Origin: Welwitschia mirabilis
Lineage: Eukaryota
Assembly (NCBI GenBank): GCA_051453625.1
Contig: JBOZIK010000001.1
Span: 45,360,099 to 45,423,378 of the forward strand
Reading direction: 5' to 3'
DNA: 63,280 bases
Part shown: positions 51,178-63,280 of the stretch, piece after piece
How positions within the stretch are numbered: position 1 is the first letter of the stretch
Layout: every line of letters starts with the position of its first letter
Position numbers and translations under genes: made by a program
Notes under the pieces: generated by a model
Told to the model about the DNA's origin: nothing
The model's input: the letters and a program-made list of their open reading frames with translations, nothing else
Database searches by the model: none

Positions 51178-51830
51178 ATGGCTTTCAACTCCAACAACTT
51201 ACCTATGATTATTGCTACTTCTCGTCTAGTTAATAAGTTCAAATGCTATCATTTTAGCTTATGATCCTATCAAATAGAAATGAATATTATGAGTGTAGAT
51301 GAGGCTTTTCCTTAGATTTCTATCTAAAGCATTTACACTCCTGACCTTTCTTCTTACAACATAGCTTCTAAGGTACTCAATGCTTTAGATGGAATTCTTT
51401 GAGAGAATGGAAGGACTTGATTTAGTGATGGAGAGATTCTACCTTGTTTTAACCCTAGGGTTCATTACCTTTATGCTAAGTATTTGAGAATCTAGGCTAC
51501 TGAGCTAAACTTTTCCCTAACTAATGAGTTTAATAGGTATGATGCATTTCTAGGATGCTTTGTCAATCACATTCATGAGATAGAGCTATGGGTATGATAA
51601 ACTAAAGGTAATAATATAGTATCAAGTATATTTAATCTTTTTTTTAAATGAGGATTACTTCAAGAGGTATGAACCTTAGGATGACTCTGATTTCTAGAAC
51701 TTCTAGGATTCTCATGGCATTGAGATTGGAATCCTTACTGACTTCTTATAACGCTTACATTTGCTTCCACCCATAAATACTTCAATTTAGAGGAGGTCTA
51801 GGAGAAAGAATAAGGGGCGGTTTTTCTGAT
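51178..51830 (+). pseudogene. Antisense accessory ORF of D (uninterrupted copy)
   Basis: MAFNSNNLPMIIAT..QIEMNIMSVDEAFP*ISI*SIYTPDLSSYNIASKVLNALDGIL..LPCFNPRVHYLYAKYLRI*ATELNFSLTNEFNRYDAFLGCFVNHIHEIELWV.. stays in one frame for ~155 codons. Confidence 0.6.
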
Positions 51831-54058
51831 TGATGATATCAAGTTTAGCTAATTTCACTTTTCTAGTTGCTGCTTAATGCTTAGCCACTTTTAGAATAAA
51901 TGTATTTCCTAGTTAAGACTCTTTTTATTTGAAAGATAAGATATAGGACTGCTATTATCAGCATGATGAAATAAGAGTTTATTTATTTATTTTTTTTTAA
52001 AAATGAGATAAGCTCTAGTTGCTTTTATTCTAGTACTTATTTTTGTTATACCAAATTATAAAAAAATCCCTTGATTATCAAGTTATTTTAACTTTACAAA
52101 AATTTATTACTTCAAGATAAGTAGAAGAAAGATACATTGATGCAAATGCTCTGTTTGNNNNNNNNNNNNNNNNNNNNNNNNNNNNNNNNNNNNNNNNNNN
52201 NNNNNNNNNNNNNNNNNNNNNNNNNNNNNNNNNNNNNNNNNNNNNNNNNNNNNNNNNAAATTTATTACTTCAAGATAAGTAGAAGAAAGATACATTGATG
52301 CAAATGCTCTGTTTTTTGGAATAAAATAATGGTATCCTATGCAACATTTATTTTTTCTTCTAAGGTTTACTTGATTTGAAGAAAATATTGAAGACTAACC
52401 ACTCCTTAGATAACTCCTGGAGAGTGATTGTCTTCTTTATAATTTTAAGCCAAATAGCTTTTATTTTAAGAAATATTTTTGTAATGAGGGAAGTGCAACC
52501 ATTATCATAGAAATAAGGACCTTCAGAGTTATAAACCCCAATCATGGAGACTTAATCCCTTGATGGAGTTCTCACAGCTACTTTATTACACTACTAAAGT
52601 CCCTTTTTGGGAATATTTGTCCCAGTGTCCTTATGATAGGTCATTACTCTTTATATTTTTTTCCCACAGAATAACATAAATGATTGCATAGATACCTCTA
52701 TTTTCTATTCAAATCTAGTCATTTTTACCATTTATAACTTGTTCCTTTTTAAAGTCTTACTAAATCTTATGAGAGATACTTTTACCTACCAAGTAAGAAT
52801 TCTTATAATTTGAATAACATCCATTTCCTTCTTCAAAGTTAAACCTTATAGCCCTTTATTTATTTGTTTATTATTAAGGTTTTTCTTTTATTTTCTTTTA
52901 TTTAATATCACTATAGGACTGTGGAAGAAAATATATGGATAGAATCCTTTCCACCCTGTAAGTTTATTCCATCTCCTCTAGGAGTGAAATTCTTTTTGTA
53001 TAAGTTTTGATTCTATGATCATTGACTTGATACGTGTCCTTAGTTTCTTCATTAAGCAGTTCCATTACTCCATTAGGTAAATTTTTTGTTAAAGTATATG
53101 ATACAATCCATTTTTNNNNNNNNNNNNNNNNNNNNNNNNNNNNNNNNNNNNNNNNNNNNNNNNNNNNNNNNNNNNNNNNNNNNNNNNNNNNNNNNNNNNN
53201 NNNNNNNNNNNNNNNTAAGTATATTTTTGTTTAGAAGATATATATTTAAGATCAAAAATCAAAACTTTATCTCTAATTTTGAAATCAGTTTAATGAACAT
53301 TATGGTCATGCCATTCTTTTACTTATTTTTAGATCAATTTCTTTCACATGAGGGATTTCCTTTTATCTTCATATAATTTATTCATGTTTTTGGATCCATT
53401 CATTTTGATCTTTATTGAGATTGTTATCTAATTATTTTTCTAACTTATAGAACATTAATTTTAATTCAATAGATAAGGTTACCTTCTTATCATAAAATAA
53501 TTCATAAGGTGTGAAACTAATACTATTTGTCAAGTTATCCTATAGGCACATAATTCTTTAGTAAGTTTATATACCTAATCACTTCTTTTAGTGTTTACTG
53601 TTTTAGTTAAAATTTAATTTAAATCCCTATTAATGACCTCATCTTGACTGTTAGACTAGGATGGTAAGCAGAAGAGAGTTTATGATAGACTCCATACTTA
53701 GACAAAAACTTTTCAACCTCTTAACTATCAAAATGGGTTCCTATATCTAATATAAGACTCCTAGGCATATCAAATTGATGAGAGACATCCTTAGATAATA
53801 ATTTAACTACAGTTTTAGTAGAACAGTTAGAAACAACTTCAGCTTTAGTCCATTTAGTCAAATAATCCATACAAATGAGAATATATTCTTTTCAATAAAA
53901 CTTTAGATTAATGGGTTCATTAAAGTATATTCCTTAGATATCAAAGGGTTCCAAAGTTTGAATTCATTGTTGGAGCATTTTCATCACCTTGGACCATGTT
54001 CTCTCTCTTTAACATTTATCAAACCATTTAATGTAATTAAAAGAGTTCTTAAATAGAC

Positions 54059-57000
54059 TATTAAGATTTTATATTACCAATTGATATCAAACTAATATGA
54101 TCTTTATAGAATGAAATGTGATTTTATAGATGTAAGAAGTTAAAGGATCCATAACGAAAAGATAATTAAGATTTAGACATGTTTTAGTCAAAGTAACTTG
54201 ATTTTTTATTTATAAAATTAAACTAGAGGTTAACTAAACCTAGAAATATACATTTTGAGCTACTTCATATGGGGTCGACTGCATTTTTATGTGGTTGACT
54301 AGACTAGAAATGCACTTTTTAAAGCTTCTTCATATGGGCTAATTCATATGGCATTGATCAAACCCATGTGAAATTGACTAGACTTAAAGAAATGTGGTTG
54401 AATGGATTTTAGTTGGGGGTGATTAGATCAAGTAACATGAGTTACTTAGATCAATTGGATGTTTGAAGGGATCAATTAGTTAGAGCGAAAGGATAACTTT
54501 TTAAGTGATTTTTTAATCATTATCTCATCAAATCTATCCATTATAAATGTTAGATTTCTTCTTAACTAACTAATACTTAAAGAGTTTACTCTAAAAAACT
54601 CAGAGGAGAAAAAACTAATTTTAAAAAGGGAGGTTACATCCTTGTTCTAAAAAGCTTATCTTTACAACATCATTCTTCTTTCTCTCAATATTTACCTTTA
54701 TAATAAATGTGAGTAATAAGGCTCCATTGGTGGTACTTTCATTTGAATGACTTAAAGCATAAAGGCTTCATTCCATCACATACCCTTAATGGTTTTATGA
54801 AGATTGGAACTTAGCCTAGAAAAGTCCATTCTTTGAAGATTAAAACTTAGCTTGTAAAAGTTTCTTTTTTTTGTAAAGGTTGAAGGTTAGCCTTAGAAAC
54901 CTAGTGGATAGTAAACTAACAAATATTTGAAGTAGTCTTAATTATTAACTATCTTCTAAGAGTGGAGTAGCGTCTATGTCCAACTACTATCAATCTTGTC
55001 TTATGCATTATTTTGGTTCTACTATTTGGGTTTATTTTGTTATTTATTTTTATGTTATAATTTATTTCTTAGGTAGTAATAATTATTTAAATTTTTCAAA
55101 AATCCTATTCATCTCCCCTCTAGATTTCTAGATCCTACATTTGGTATTAGAGCATTAGGTTAAGTTAACACTAGGATTTTAATCAATCTTTAACTCAAGA
55201 ACCCTAGCCATGAGTTCTATTGTAGAAGGTATCTCTATTTCTAGGCATTCACTGTTTGATAAAATAAACTAAGATATTAGAAGTATAGAATAAGAATATT
55301 CATAAGGTCTCTTAACATAGATTATGAGGATATATTGATCACAGGTTATAGCCATCCTACCACAACTTAAAGGTATGTTAAAGGCAATACTACAATAGTA
55401 TTAAAATCAAAAGATAAATGGAATTTATTAGATAAATCTAATGCTACCATTAATGCTCATGCTTTGAATGTGAGTTTTTGTGTGGTAACTGCAAATGAGT
55501 TTAAGAGAATAGTAAACTATAATACTATCAAAGAAGCATTGGATATTTTTGCTATTGATCATGAAGCGACATTCACTGTTAAGTAAGAAAAGATGAAGTA
55601 GATCTTTTAGAAAGAAAATTTAAAGCATTTTTATTAAAAAGAAGAGATAGAAAAATCAATAAAAGTTTTAGGCATATGAAAAATAATGGTATAAATAATA
55701 GGAAATTAAAGAACGTAAAGAAGCCCTCACTAGTAGTCACTTCGGATAACCTTGAAGAAAATGAAGAAAGCTAAGATGAAGAATTTTAAGAATTAGAACA
55801 TTAACTTTTATGATAGTTGTGAATCCTGATACTTAGTCACTAAAAATCACTAATCATGATGATTTGAACATGAGTAAAGATGGAGGAGGAGAGGATGTTA
55901 AAGACATATATTATGAACTATATTAAGAATGTGAAAGACTTGCTCTAAAAATCAATGAACTAAACAAGATCATCAAGGATTTGAGAAAGGAGCATGAATC
56001 CATAAATCAAAGATATAAAGAGATTCAAGATAAAAACACATCTCATGAAGAATTTAAACTAGTCTTCACAAGTCTTAAGTAGATTTACAAAAGGATCAAG
56101 AAAACTTAAGAAGATGCTTGGATTGGAATTACCTATACATAACAAAAAGGATATTGAATTTGAAGGCAATAGTACACCAATATCATCTAGTGAGGTAATT
56201 ATTAAACATTTTCTACAAGAAATATTACTTCTCATTTTTATTGAAAATTTGGTCATTCAAAATTTAGCTATCCATATAGAAAATATATGTGTTTTACAAA
56301 CATTCATCCTTTATCATTTAAATTTGTTCCCAAACAAGTATCTTTCCAAAAGTCAAAAAAGACCAGATGGGTAAAAGCTAAGAATTTAGAATCATTTTGT
56401 TCTAAGAAAATTTCAACATTAGCCATGGTTCTTCTTATTTTAATTAATTATTATTTATTACATTATTTTTTCCTAAACTATGATTTGTTATAATATGATC
56501 TGCTTCTTGGAAGCATCATTATGATATTTACCTTGTTTTTGTATGAGAACCTCATTACTGTATGGTCATTAAGGTTATTATGATTAGTTAAAAAAGGTCA
56601 TATATGCTCTAGTTATTATTGTTGTATTTAGATTTGCATCTTAATGGTAATTTATTGTGAAGCTATATCTATAAATTTTAAGTATTTTGTTTTACTCTGC
56701 AATTAAAACTTATTGTTATAAACATAGCATCAATCAATTTACTTTTGGAAATTATGAATTAAAAATTATCATCTCATTTACTTATTTGCTCTAAAGACAC
56801 TTTCATGATTTTATATATATATAGCATAAAGTTAGGGGGAGAAAATATGGTATTTCTAACCAAACATCTAAGTTTCATAGCTATTTCTCTCTTTTTCTTT
56901 CTCCTTTGTCATTGATGCCATAAGGGGAGAAAATATGGTGTTTTCAGAAAGATGTATGCATAAAATTACCGTAGTTAAAATTTAATAGAACTCAAAATGA

Positions 57001-59004
57001 TTTTGTTTTAGAAATATGTTTTCTTTAAAAGGAAAGACAATCTTTAATTAATTCTTTTTGTATGGCTTTATGAAAGAGGGAGCTTTTATTATATCAATAT
57101 GATTTATTAGATTGATGAAAGAAAGATCTTAAAGATGAAATATTTGTATGATCTTGAAATCACTTATTAGTTTACCATCAATGTCAAAGGGGAAGATTGT
57201 TAGGATTTTATATTACCAATTGATGTTAAACTAATATGATCTTTGCAGAATGAAATGTGATTTTACAGATGCAAGAAGCTAAAGGATCCATAACCAAAAG
57301 ATAGTCAAGATTTGAAAATCTTCTAATTGAAGTAACTTGAATTTTTATCTAAGGAATTAAACTAGGAGTCAATTAAACCTAGAAATACAATTTTGGACTA
57401 CTTCGCACAGGGTCGACCAGATCGTTATAGGGTCAAATAAACCTGGAAATGCACTTTTGAGNNNNNNNNNNNNNNNNNNNNNNNNNNNNNNNNNNNNNNN
57501 NNNNNNNNNNNNNNNNNNNNNNNNNNNNNNNNNNNNNNNNNNNNNNNNNNNNNNNNNNNNNAATAAAATAAGGTATTTCTCATCATATATCTAAGGTTTA
57601 TAGCTGTTTTTCTCTTTTTCTTTCTCTTTTTTCATTGATGTCAAAAGGCGGAGAAAATATGGTATTTTCAAAAAGATGTATGCATAAAATTTTCATAATT
57701 AAAATTTAATAGAACTCAAAATGTTTTTATTTTAAAAATATTTTTCCTCTTAAAATGAAATACACCCTTTACTTAATATTATTTGTATGGTTTTATGAGA
57801 GGGGGAGCTTCTATTATGTCAATATTCTTTGTTATATTAATGAAAGAAAGAGCATAAAGATGAAATATTTGTTTCATATTAAAATTACTTATTTGTTTGC
57901 CATCAATGTCAAAGGGGAAAATTGTTAGGATTTTATATTATCAATTGATGTCAAACTAATACGATCATTACAAAATGAAGTGTGATTTTATAGATGCAAG
58001 AAGTTGAAGGATCCATAACCAAAATATAGTCAAGATTTAGATATGTTTCGATCAAAGTAGCTTGATTTTTTATCTAAGGACTTACATTAGGAGTTAATCG
58101 AACCTAGGAATACACATTTTAGGCTACTTTATATGGGGTTAACTAGATCTCTATGGGGGCGATCAGACCTGGAAATGCTCTTTTTTAAGCTTCTTCATAT
58201 AGGCTACTTTATATGAGGTTGATTAGATCCATGTGGAATTAATTGAATTAACTAGATTTTAGCTGGGGGCAACTAGATCAAGCAATGTAAGTCACTTAAA
58301 TTAACTAGATGTTAAGAGGCGTTGACTGGTTAAAATAGAAGTACAACTTTTTATTAAATTTTCTAACTATTATCTCATCAAATCTATCCATTGTAAATGT
58401 TAGATTTCTTTCCAACTATCTAATGACTCTATTTTGGGGAAATCTATTTAAATAAGTTACTCTCAAAGACTTAGAGAAGAAAAAATTGATTTTGAAAAAG
58501 GAGGTTTTACCCTTGATATGAAGATCTTATCTTTATAACATCATTCTTCTTTCTTTCATTACTTACTTTTGTACTAAATCTAAGAAATAAGGCTTTATTG
58601 TTAGTACTTGCATTTAAGTAACCTATAGCATAAAGAATTCATTCCATCACACATTCTTAAAGGTTTTATAAAGGTTGAGACTTAGCTTGGAAAAGTCTAT
58701 TTTATGAAGGTTGAGACTTAGCCTATAAAAGTTCCTTTTTTTGTAAAGTTTGAAGGTTAGCCTTGAAAACCTATGGATAGTGAACTAAAAAAAATCCATA
58801 GTAGTCTTAATTATTGGCTATCTTCTAAAAGTAGAGTAAGATCTATTCCAAATCACTATAAATTTTGTATTATGCATTATTTCGGTTTTACTTTTTGAGT
58901 TTATTTTATTATTTTTTAATGTTATAATTAATCTTCTGGTAGTATAGTTCTTTAAATTTTTCAGAGATGCTATTCATCCATTCTTTAGGGTTAAAAATCT
59001 TACA
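54059..59004 (+). mobile_element. Sirevirus (Ty1/copia SIRE) element G with no pol visible: LTR1 54059-55139, gag remnant, multi-PPT, LTR2 57198 to gap, second multi-PPT, LTR3 57923-59004
   Basis: iMet PBS TGGTATTAGAGC (55142-55153). gag start MSSIVEGISISRHSLFD and NEFKRIVN..KEALD. Repeated PPTs (AGGGGGAGAAA, AAAGGGGAAGAT|TG). LTR end CTATTCATCTCCCCTCTAG..CA. Decayed TSD TAGAC/TAAAG. Confidence 0.85.
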
Positions 59005-62000
59005 TAAAGAAGGTCAATAATATCCTATGTTTAAAATTTTTATGGCTATTCTTTTTCCTCCATAATGATCTTCCCCTTCTTCTCACATGAAAAGTTTGCA
59101 AAAGTTCCTTCTAATTAGGCTTTTCAACACACTTCTTAATGAGATCCTTATAAAATCCAAAGAGGATATTATTCTTTCATATATAATCTTTTACTTCTTT
59201 CAATAACCTCTCCTTCTCATAATAGTTTAAGTAAGGTGGCACCTTCTTACTCATTAGGAAGTTAGTAATGTCTACAAATGAAGGTGCTTGTTCTAAACTT
59301 ACTAAATAATCATCAAGAAAATCATTTTAAATGTTTGCTTGTTTAACCTCTTTAGTGAATTATAGCCTAGATAAGTAATCAGCCATCACATTCTCTACTT
59401 CCTTCATGTCTACTATCTTCAGATCAAATTCTTGCATTATAAGTATCCATCTTACAATTTAAGGATTTGCTTCTTTTTAATTCATTAAAAACCATATGAC
59501 ACTATGATCAGTGTAAACCTTTACTTTGTAATCCAAGATATAGTGCCTAAAATTATCTAATGCTACTATTATAGCTAGCATATCCTTTTCTATAACTGTG
59601 TAGATTTGTTGTGCATAATTAAGATTTTTACTGATAGAAGCAATAGTATAGGATTTTACAATCATCATAATTCTATTCCAAAATAACACTAATAGAATAT
59701 TACTAAGCATCAGTTATAATGTGAAAGGTTTTATTCTAATTTGATTTTTATAAAATAGGGGCTTTAATTAACTTATCTTTAAGAATTTGAAAAGCTTCTT
59801 GACATTCTTGGATCCATTCATAAGGTACATCCTTTTATAAAAGACTATTTAATGGTTTAGAAATTTTAACATTAGCAATAAATATTCTGTAGTATCTCAA
59901 TGATATTAGTTCTTTCAGTTTAGTTGATGGAGGAATTTCTTTGATAATATTGGTTTTTTGCTTATTATTTTTAATCCCTCTTACTAATATTCCATTGCCT
60001 AGAATAATCCCTTCAACCATCATAAGATGGCTTTTAGACTAGCTTAATTTCAAATTATTTTTCTTGCACTAAGTTAATACTACCTCAAGTCTTTTCAAAA
60101 CCTCCTTAAAATCATTTCCAAATGTTAAGAAATCATCCATGAAAACTTCCATTGACTTTGCTATCATGTCTTGAAATATACTATTCAATAGCCTCTAAAA
60201 AGTAAAACTCTAAAGGCATAAGTTCCCCATTTATAAGTAAAAGTTATTTTTTCTTAGTCTTTTAGAGCTATTAAAATTTAGTCGTATCCACTATACCCAT
60301 CCAAAAAACTACAGTATCTATGACCAGAACTTCTTTCTAATACTCAATCCATGAAGGATAAAGAAAAGTGATATTTATAAGTAGCAGCATTTAGTAGCCT
60401 AAAATCTATGCAAATTCTCCATTTATTATTATTTTTAGAAACTAATTATCACTAGATTCACCCATTTGGAATTAAAATAGGATAGATGAATGCTACTTTT
60501 ATTAGCTTAAAATTTCTTTTTTGACTACATCTTGCATATGAAGATCGAATATCCTTTTTGGTTGTGTCATAGGTTTTATTGTGGTATCTAGATAGATTTT
60601 ATTCTAGGATGTAATAGGATGTATACTCGAAATATCTTCATGAGTCTAAGTAAATGCATCAGTTCATTTAGGTAATATTCTTTTTAATTTTATCTTTTTA
60701 GAATGTGTCAAATTTTTGTTGATAATTAGAGGTCTATTTTTTTAAATTCCAATGTGTTTCAAACCTTCTTCAAAAGGAGGTTTCTCAAGATCTTCTTCTT
60801 TTTCTATTGGTTCATTAGTCAAGGAGTAATTCCTTCTTTTAATATCTTGTTCTACTAATAATTGTTGAGCCTTCTTCATAAGGATAATATTAGCACTATC
60901 TCCTTTGTTCATAGAGGAGTGCTTAATTTTTTCCTCGTTAGATATTTTTATTTGTTGTATGAGATCTTATAGACTAATCTTCATTACCACCTTTCAAGAA
61001 TAAATATTAGCATTATTAGTTTCCATCCAGGGTCTCTTCAGTATGATAGGATAAGTGTTACCTTTTGTCTTTACATTACTAAATTCACTAGATTTCCAAA
61101 CCCTTGTAATTCTATAGAAGTATTTTTCATTATTCCCTTTGGTATTACTATAGAACCATCTATCATGTAGACTTGTCCATTATATGGAGTTAACTGAGGT
61201 CTTTCAAGTTGTTTAAATATGTCATGAGAAATGAGATTAATATTTGTCCTTAGGTCTATTAAGCTTCTATTTTACAGGTACCTTCAACAGTTATATCCAC
61301 AACTAGTATTCTAGGATTATTGTATTTATTAATTTGATTTTCTTACAAAGCTTGAGTAGAGGCCCAAAATACCTAAACTCTTTTAGTTTATTCTTTTACC
61401 AATTATTCCTCATTGGTCTTATCTTTATTTTTCTTACTCCCTCTTTACTACACAACTTCTTCATTTGATTTCAATATAAGGGAATGTATTTCAACATTTT
61501 TACTAAAGGTAAAGTAACTAAGGTATCTTCCATAGCTCTAATGAGGTATTCTGTATCTTTTTCTTCCTTCCCAGGAATACTTTTTATTATCTTACTCCTC
61601 ATTGAAAATGGTAAAGGATCATCCATTTTCCTTTCTGCTGAACTATTTTTCATCATACTTTTATTTTCCTTGGTTTTTTCTCTTTCTTAAAGGATGAAGA
61701 ATGACTTCTTCATGATCTAGTTCAAATAGATTTATAGTTGAAGTTGTGCAGGTATGGAAGGTTCTTTAGGTTTTTTTTTTTTCAATCTGGTTATTGATGG
61801 TAACTAGACTCTTATTCTCTATTTCTCAAATTTCTAAAGTACTCATACCTCTTTGATTGCATAAATCTCATTATTACTATCTCTTTCTTACCTTTCCACT
61901 TCCTATTCTGGTTAGGATATGACTTCTTCTTAATCTAAGGAGTATTATTATTAGGATTACATTTGATTCTATTAATATTTAACCATTCCACAAAACCTGC

Positions 62001-62056
62001 CATTCATGGACATTTTGTGAAATGATGGTCCTTCTCATTATAGTTCTCATAAGTTT

Positions 62057-62059
<3 letters not shown>

Positions 62060-62107
<48 letters not shown>
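62060..62107. repeat. (CTT)16 microsatellite in gag of D (poly-Glu)
   Basis: Pure CTT run. The homologous B site has only GAAx4 (KEEEELE). Confidence 0.95.
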
Positions 62108-62108
<1 letters not shown>

Positions 62109-63280
62109 TTTTAATCTATTAATTTCACCTATTAGAGACTCTATTCTTTTATTAGTTTTTTTCTAATATACCATCATGATTAGTCTTTATTTCATTTTCT
62201 ATTATAACTTCATTAACTTTTTTTTTTCTTTCTCTTTATTTTAAGATCATCCTTAACTCATATTATATAATTTGTCTATACTAGTTTTGATTTCTTAAGT
62301 GCTATTATTCCTGATGCTACTCCCATAAAAAATGTCTAGTTTCTTCAAAGAATTACCTCAAAAACCTCTTAATAGGGTCCTAATTTATTCTCTTAGGATT
62401 ATTCCATGGCTTGAACATCTTGTTAATAAAATTAAATACCTATCCATGGACTCATCAAATTTCTCATGCTCTTTTTGTTTAACATTCAGGATTTGATGCC
62501 TTAAATCTTTAGTAACTCAAACAGGTTGATATTTATTCAAAAATACTTGTCTTACAGAGCTCCATATTTTAAAATTTAGTTGGGAAATATATGAAACCAT
62601 AACTAGGCATCTCCCTTTACATAAAAAGGAAAATGTCTTAAGAAGTCGAAATTGGTTTCTAAGTAGTTATCTTTGGGAAAAAAAAATAAAAAAGACTCCA
62701 GCATATGTTCTTTATTTTTTTCTACCTTCAAAAGTTAGGATATTAAAAGTATTTATGTTTATTATCTTATCAAGGATCTTCAAGATTGTGGAATCTATAA
62801 GGTTAAGTATATGAGATGTATAGTAAGCAATAAATAAAGGGGTAGAATTGACTGCTTCTTCTTCATCCCAATATAACCCTTCAGGTCCTTATGCTTTTCC
62901 TTTTTGTCTTTGATTTTGTGTTAATAGATCTATCTTGTATTGTAATTCTAATTGACCCATTTTAAGTGTTTTCATATCCTCTCTGAAGTCACAAGGTTTA
63001 ACCTTTATTACTTTGATATCACCTAATTCTTTATCTAATTGTACTTCTTAGGGTTTTGGATGTATTACCCTTTTACATCCCTTCATTGTCCATGGTTGTC
63101 TTTCTTTAAAAAGGCCTCCAGTGTTTCTAACAAAAGGCTAGAAGCATCCTCCTTCAAATGCCAAAATGACAAGCCTACAATATATCTAAAAATTCTATAA
63201 AATAGTTAACTAGATTCAATTAAATGCTCAAAAAAAATTGAAATATTAATAAAATGCTAAAAAATTCATATAGCTTAAAC

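Larger units (their letters stand above)
53000..63095 (-). pseudogene. gag-pol of D (decayed; integrase split by G)
   Basis: RT motifs KWRICIDFRLLNAATYK, FLDGYSGY and VFMDDF. RNase H YAQQIYTVIEKDMLAIIVALDNFRHY. Integrase YY*PSL|FKNSFNY spans the G insertion. Confidence 0.9.
45872..63280 (-). mobile_element. Athila-type element D, same family as B, reverse orientation; 5' LTR runs off the window
   Basis: 3' LTR 45872-46761, PPT at 46762-46776, PBS at 63163-63148, 5' LTR from 63167. Collinear with B throughout (e.g. DDPLPFSMRSKI in both). Confidence 0.9.

Noticed and set aside
52100-52314. 57-bp direct repeat flanking a 100-N gap
   Set aside because: Identical sequence on both sides of the gap and single-copy in B, so it is an unmerged contig overlap.

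Overview
AT-rich plant nuclear DNA from a gapped draft assembly. Heavy C>T/G>A decay and the retroelement types suggest a large-genome seed plant, possibly a gymnosperm (inference). The only host gene is the 3' end of a WD40 (WDR44-like) gene, with exons at 1840-1919, 2021-2748 (split by a probably spurious N gap) and 3033-3817. Its upstream intron holds a 5S-rRNA-derived (Cassandra-like) relic. From ~9.8 kb onward the window is a nest of decayed retrotransposons: a chromovirus relic, an L1 LINE, Athila-type element A, two related Athila elements in opposite orientation (B 20838-41636; D 45872 to beyond 63280), a three-LTR non-autonomous element E, Athila fragment F, a Sirevirus solo LTR and a pol-less Sirevirus G. 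Two observations stand out. (1) The L1 ORF2 frame runs on past the zinc finger into a 'putative plant transposon protein'-like domain, an S/T/P-rich linker and a C-terminal DnaJ J-domain. (2) B and D each carry two accessory ORFs reading away from a ~2 kb repeat-rich spacer: a sense PF20167-like/coiled-coil ORF and an unrecognised ~200-aa antisense ORF conserved in both copies. All domain calls come from manual translation and motif recall; no searches were run.
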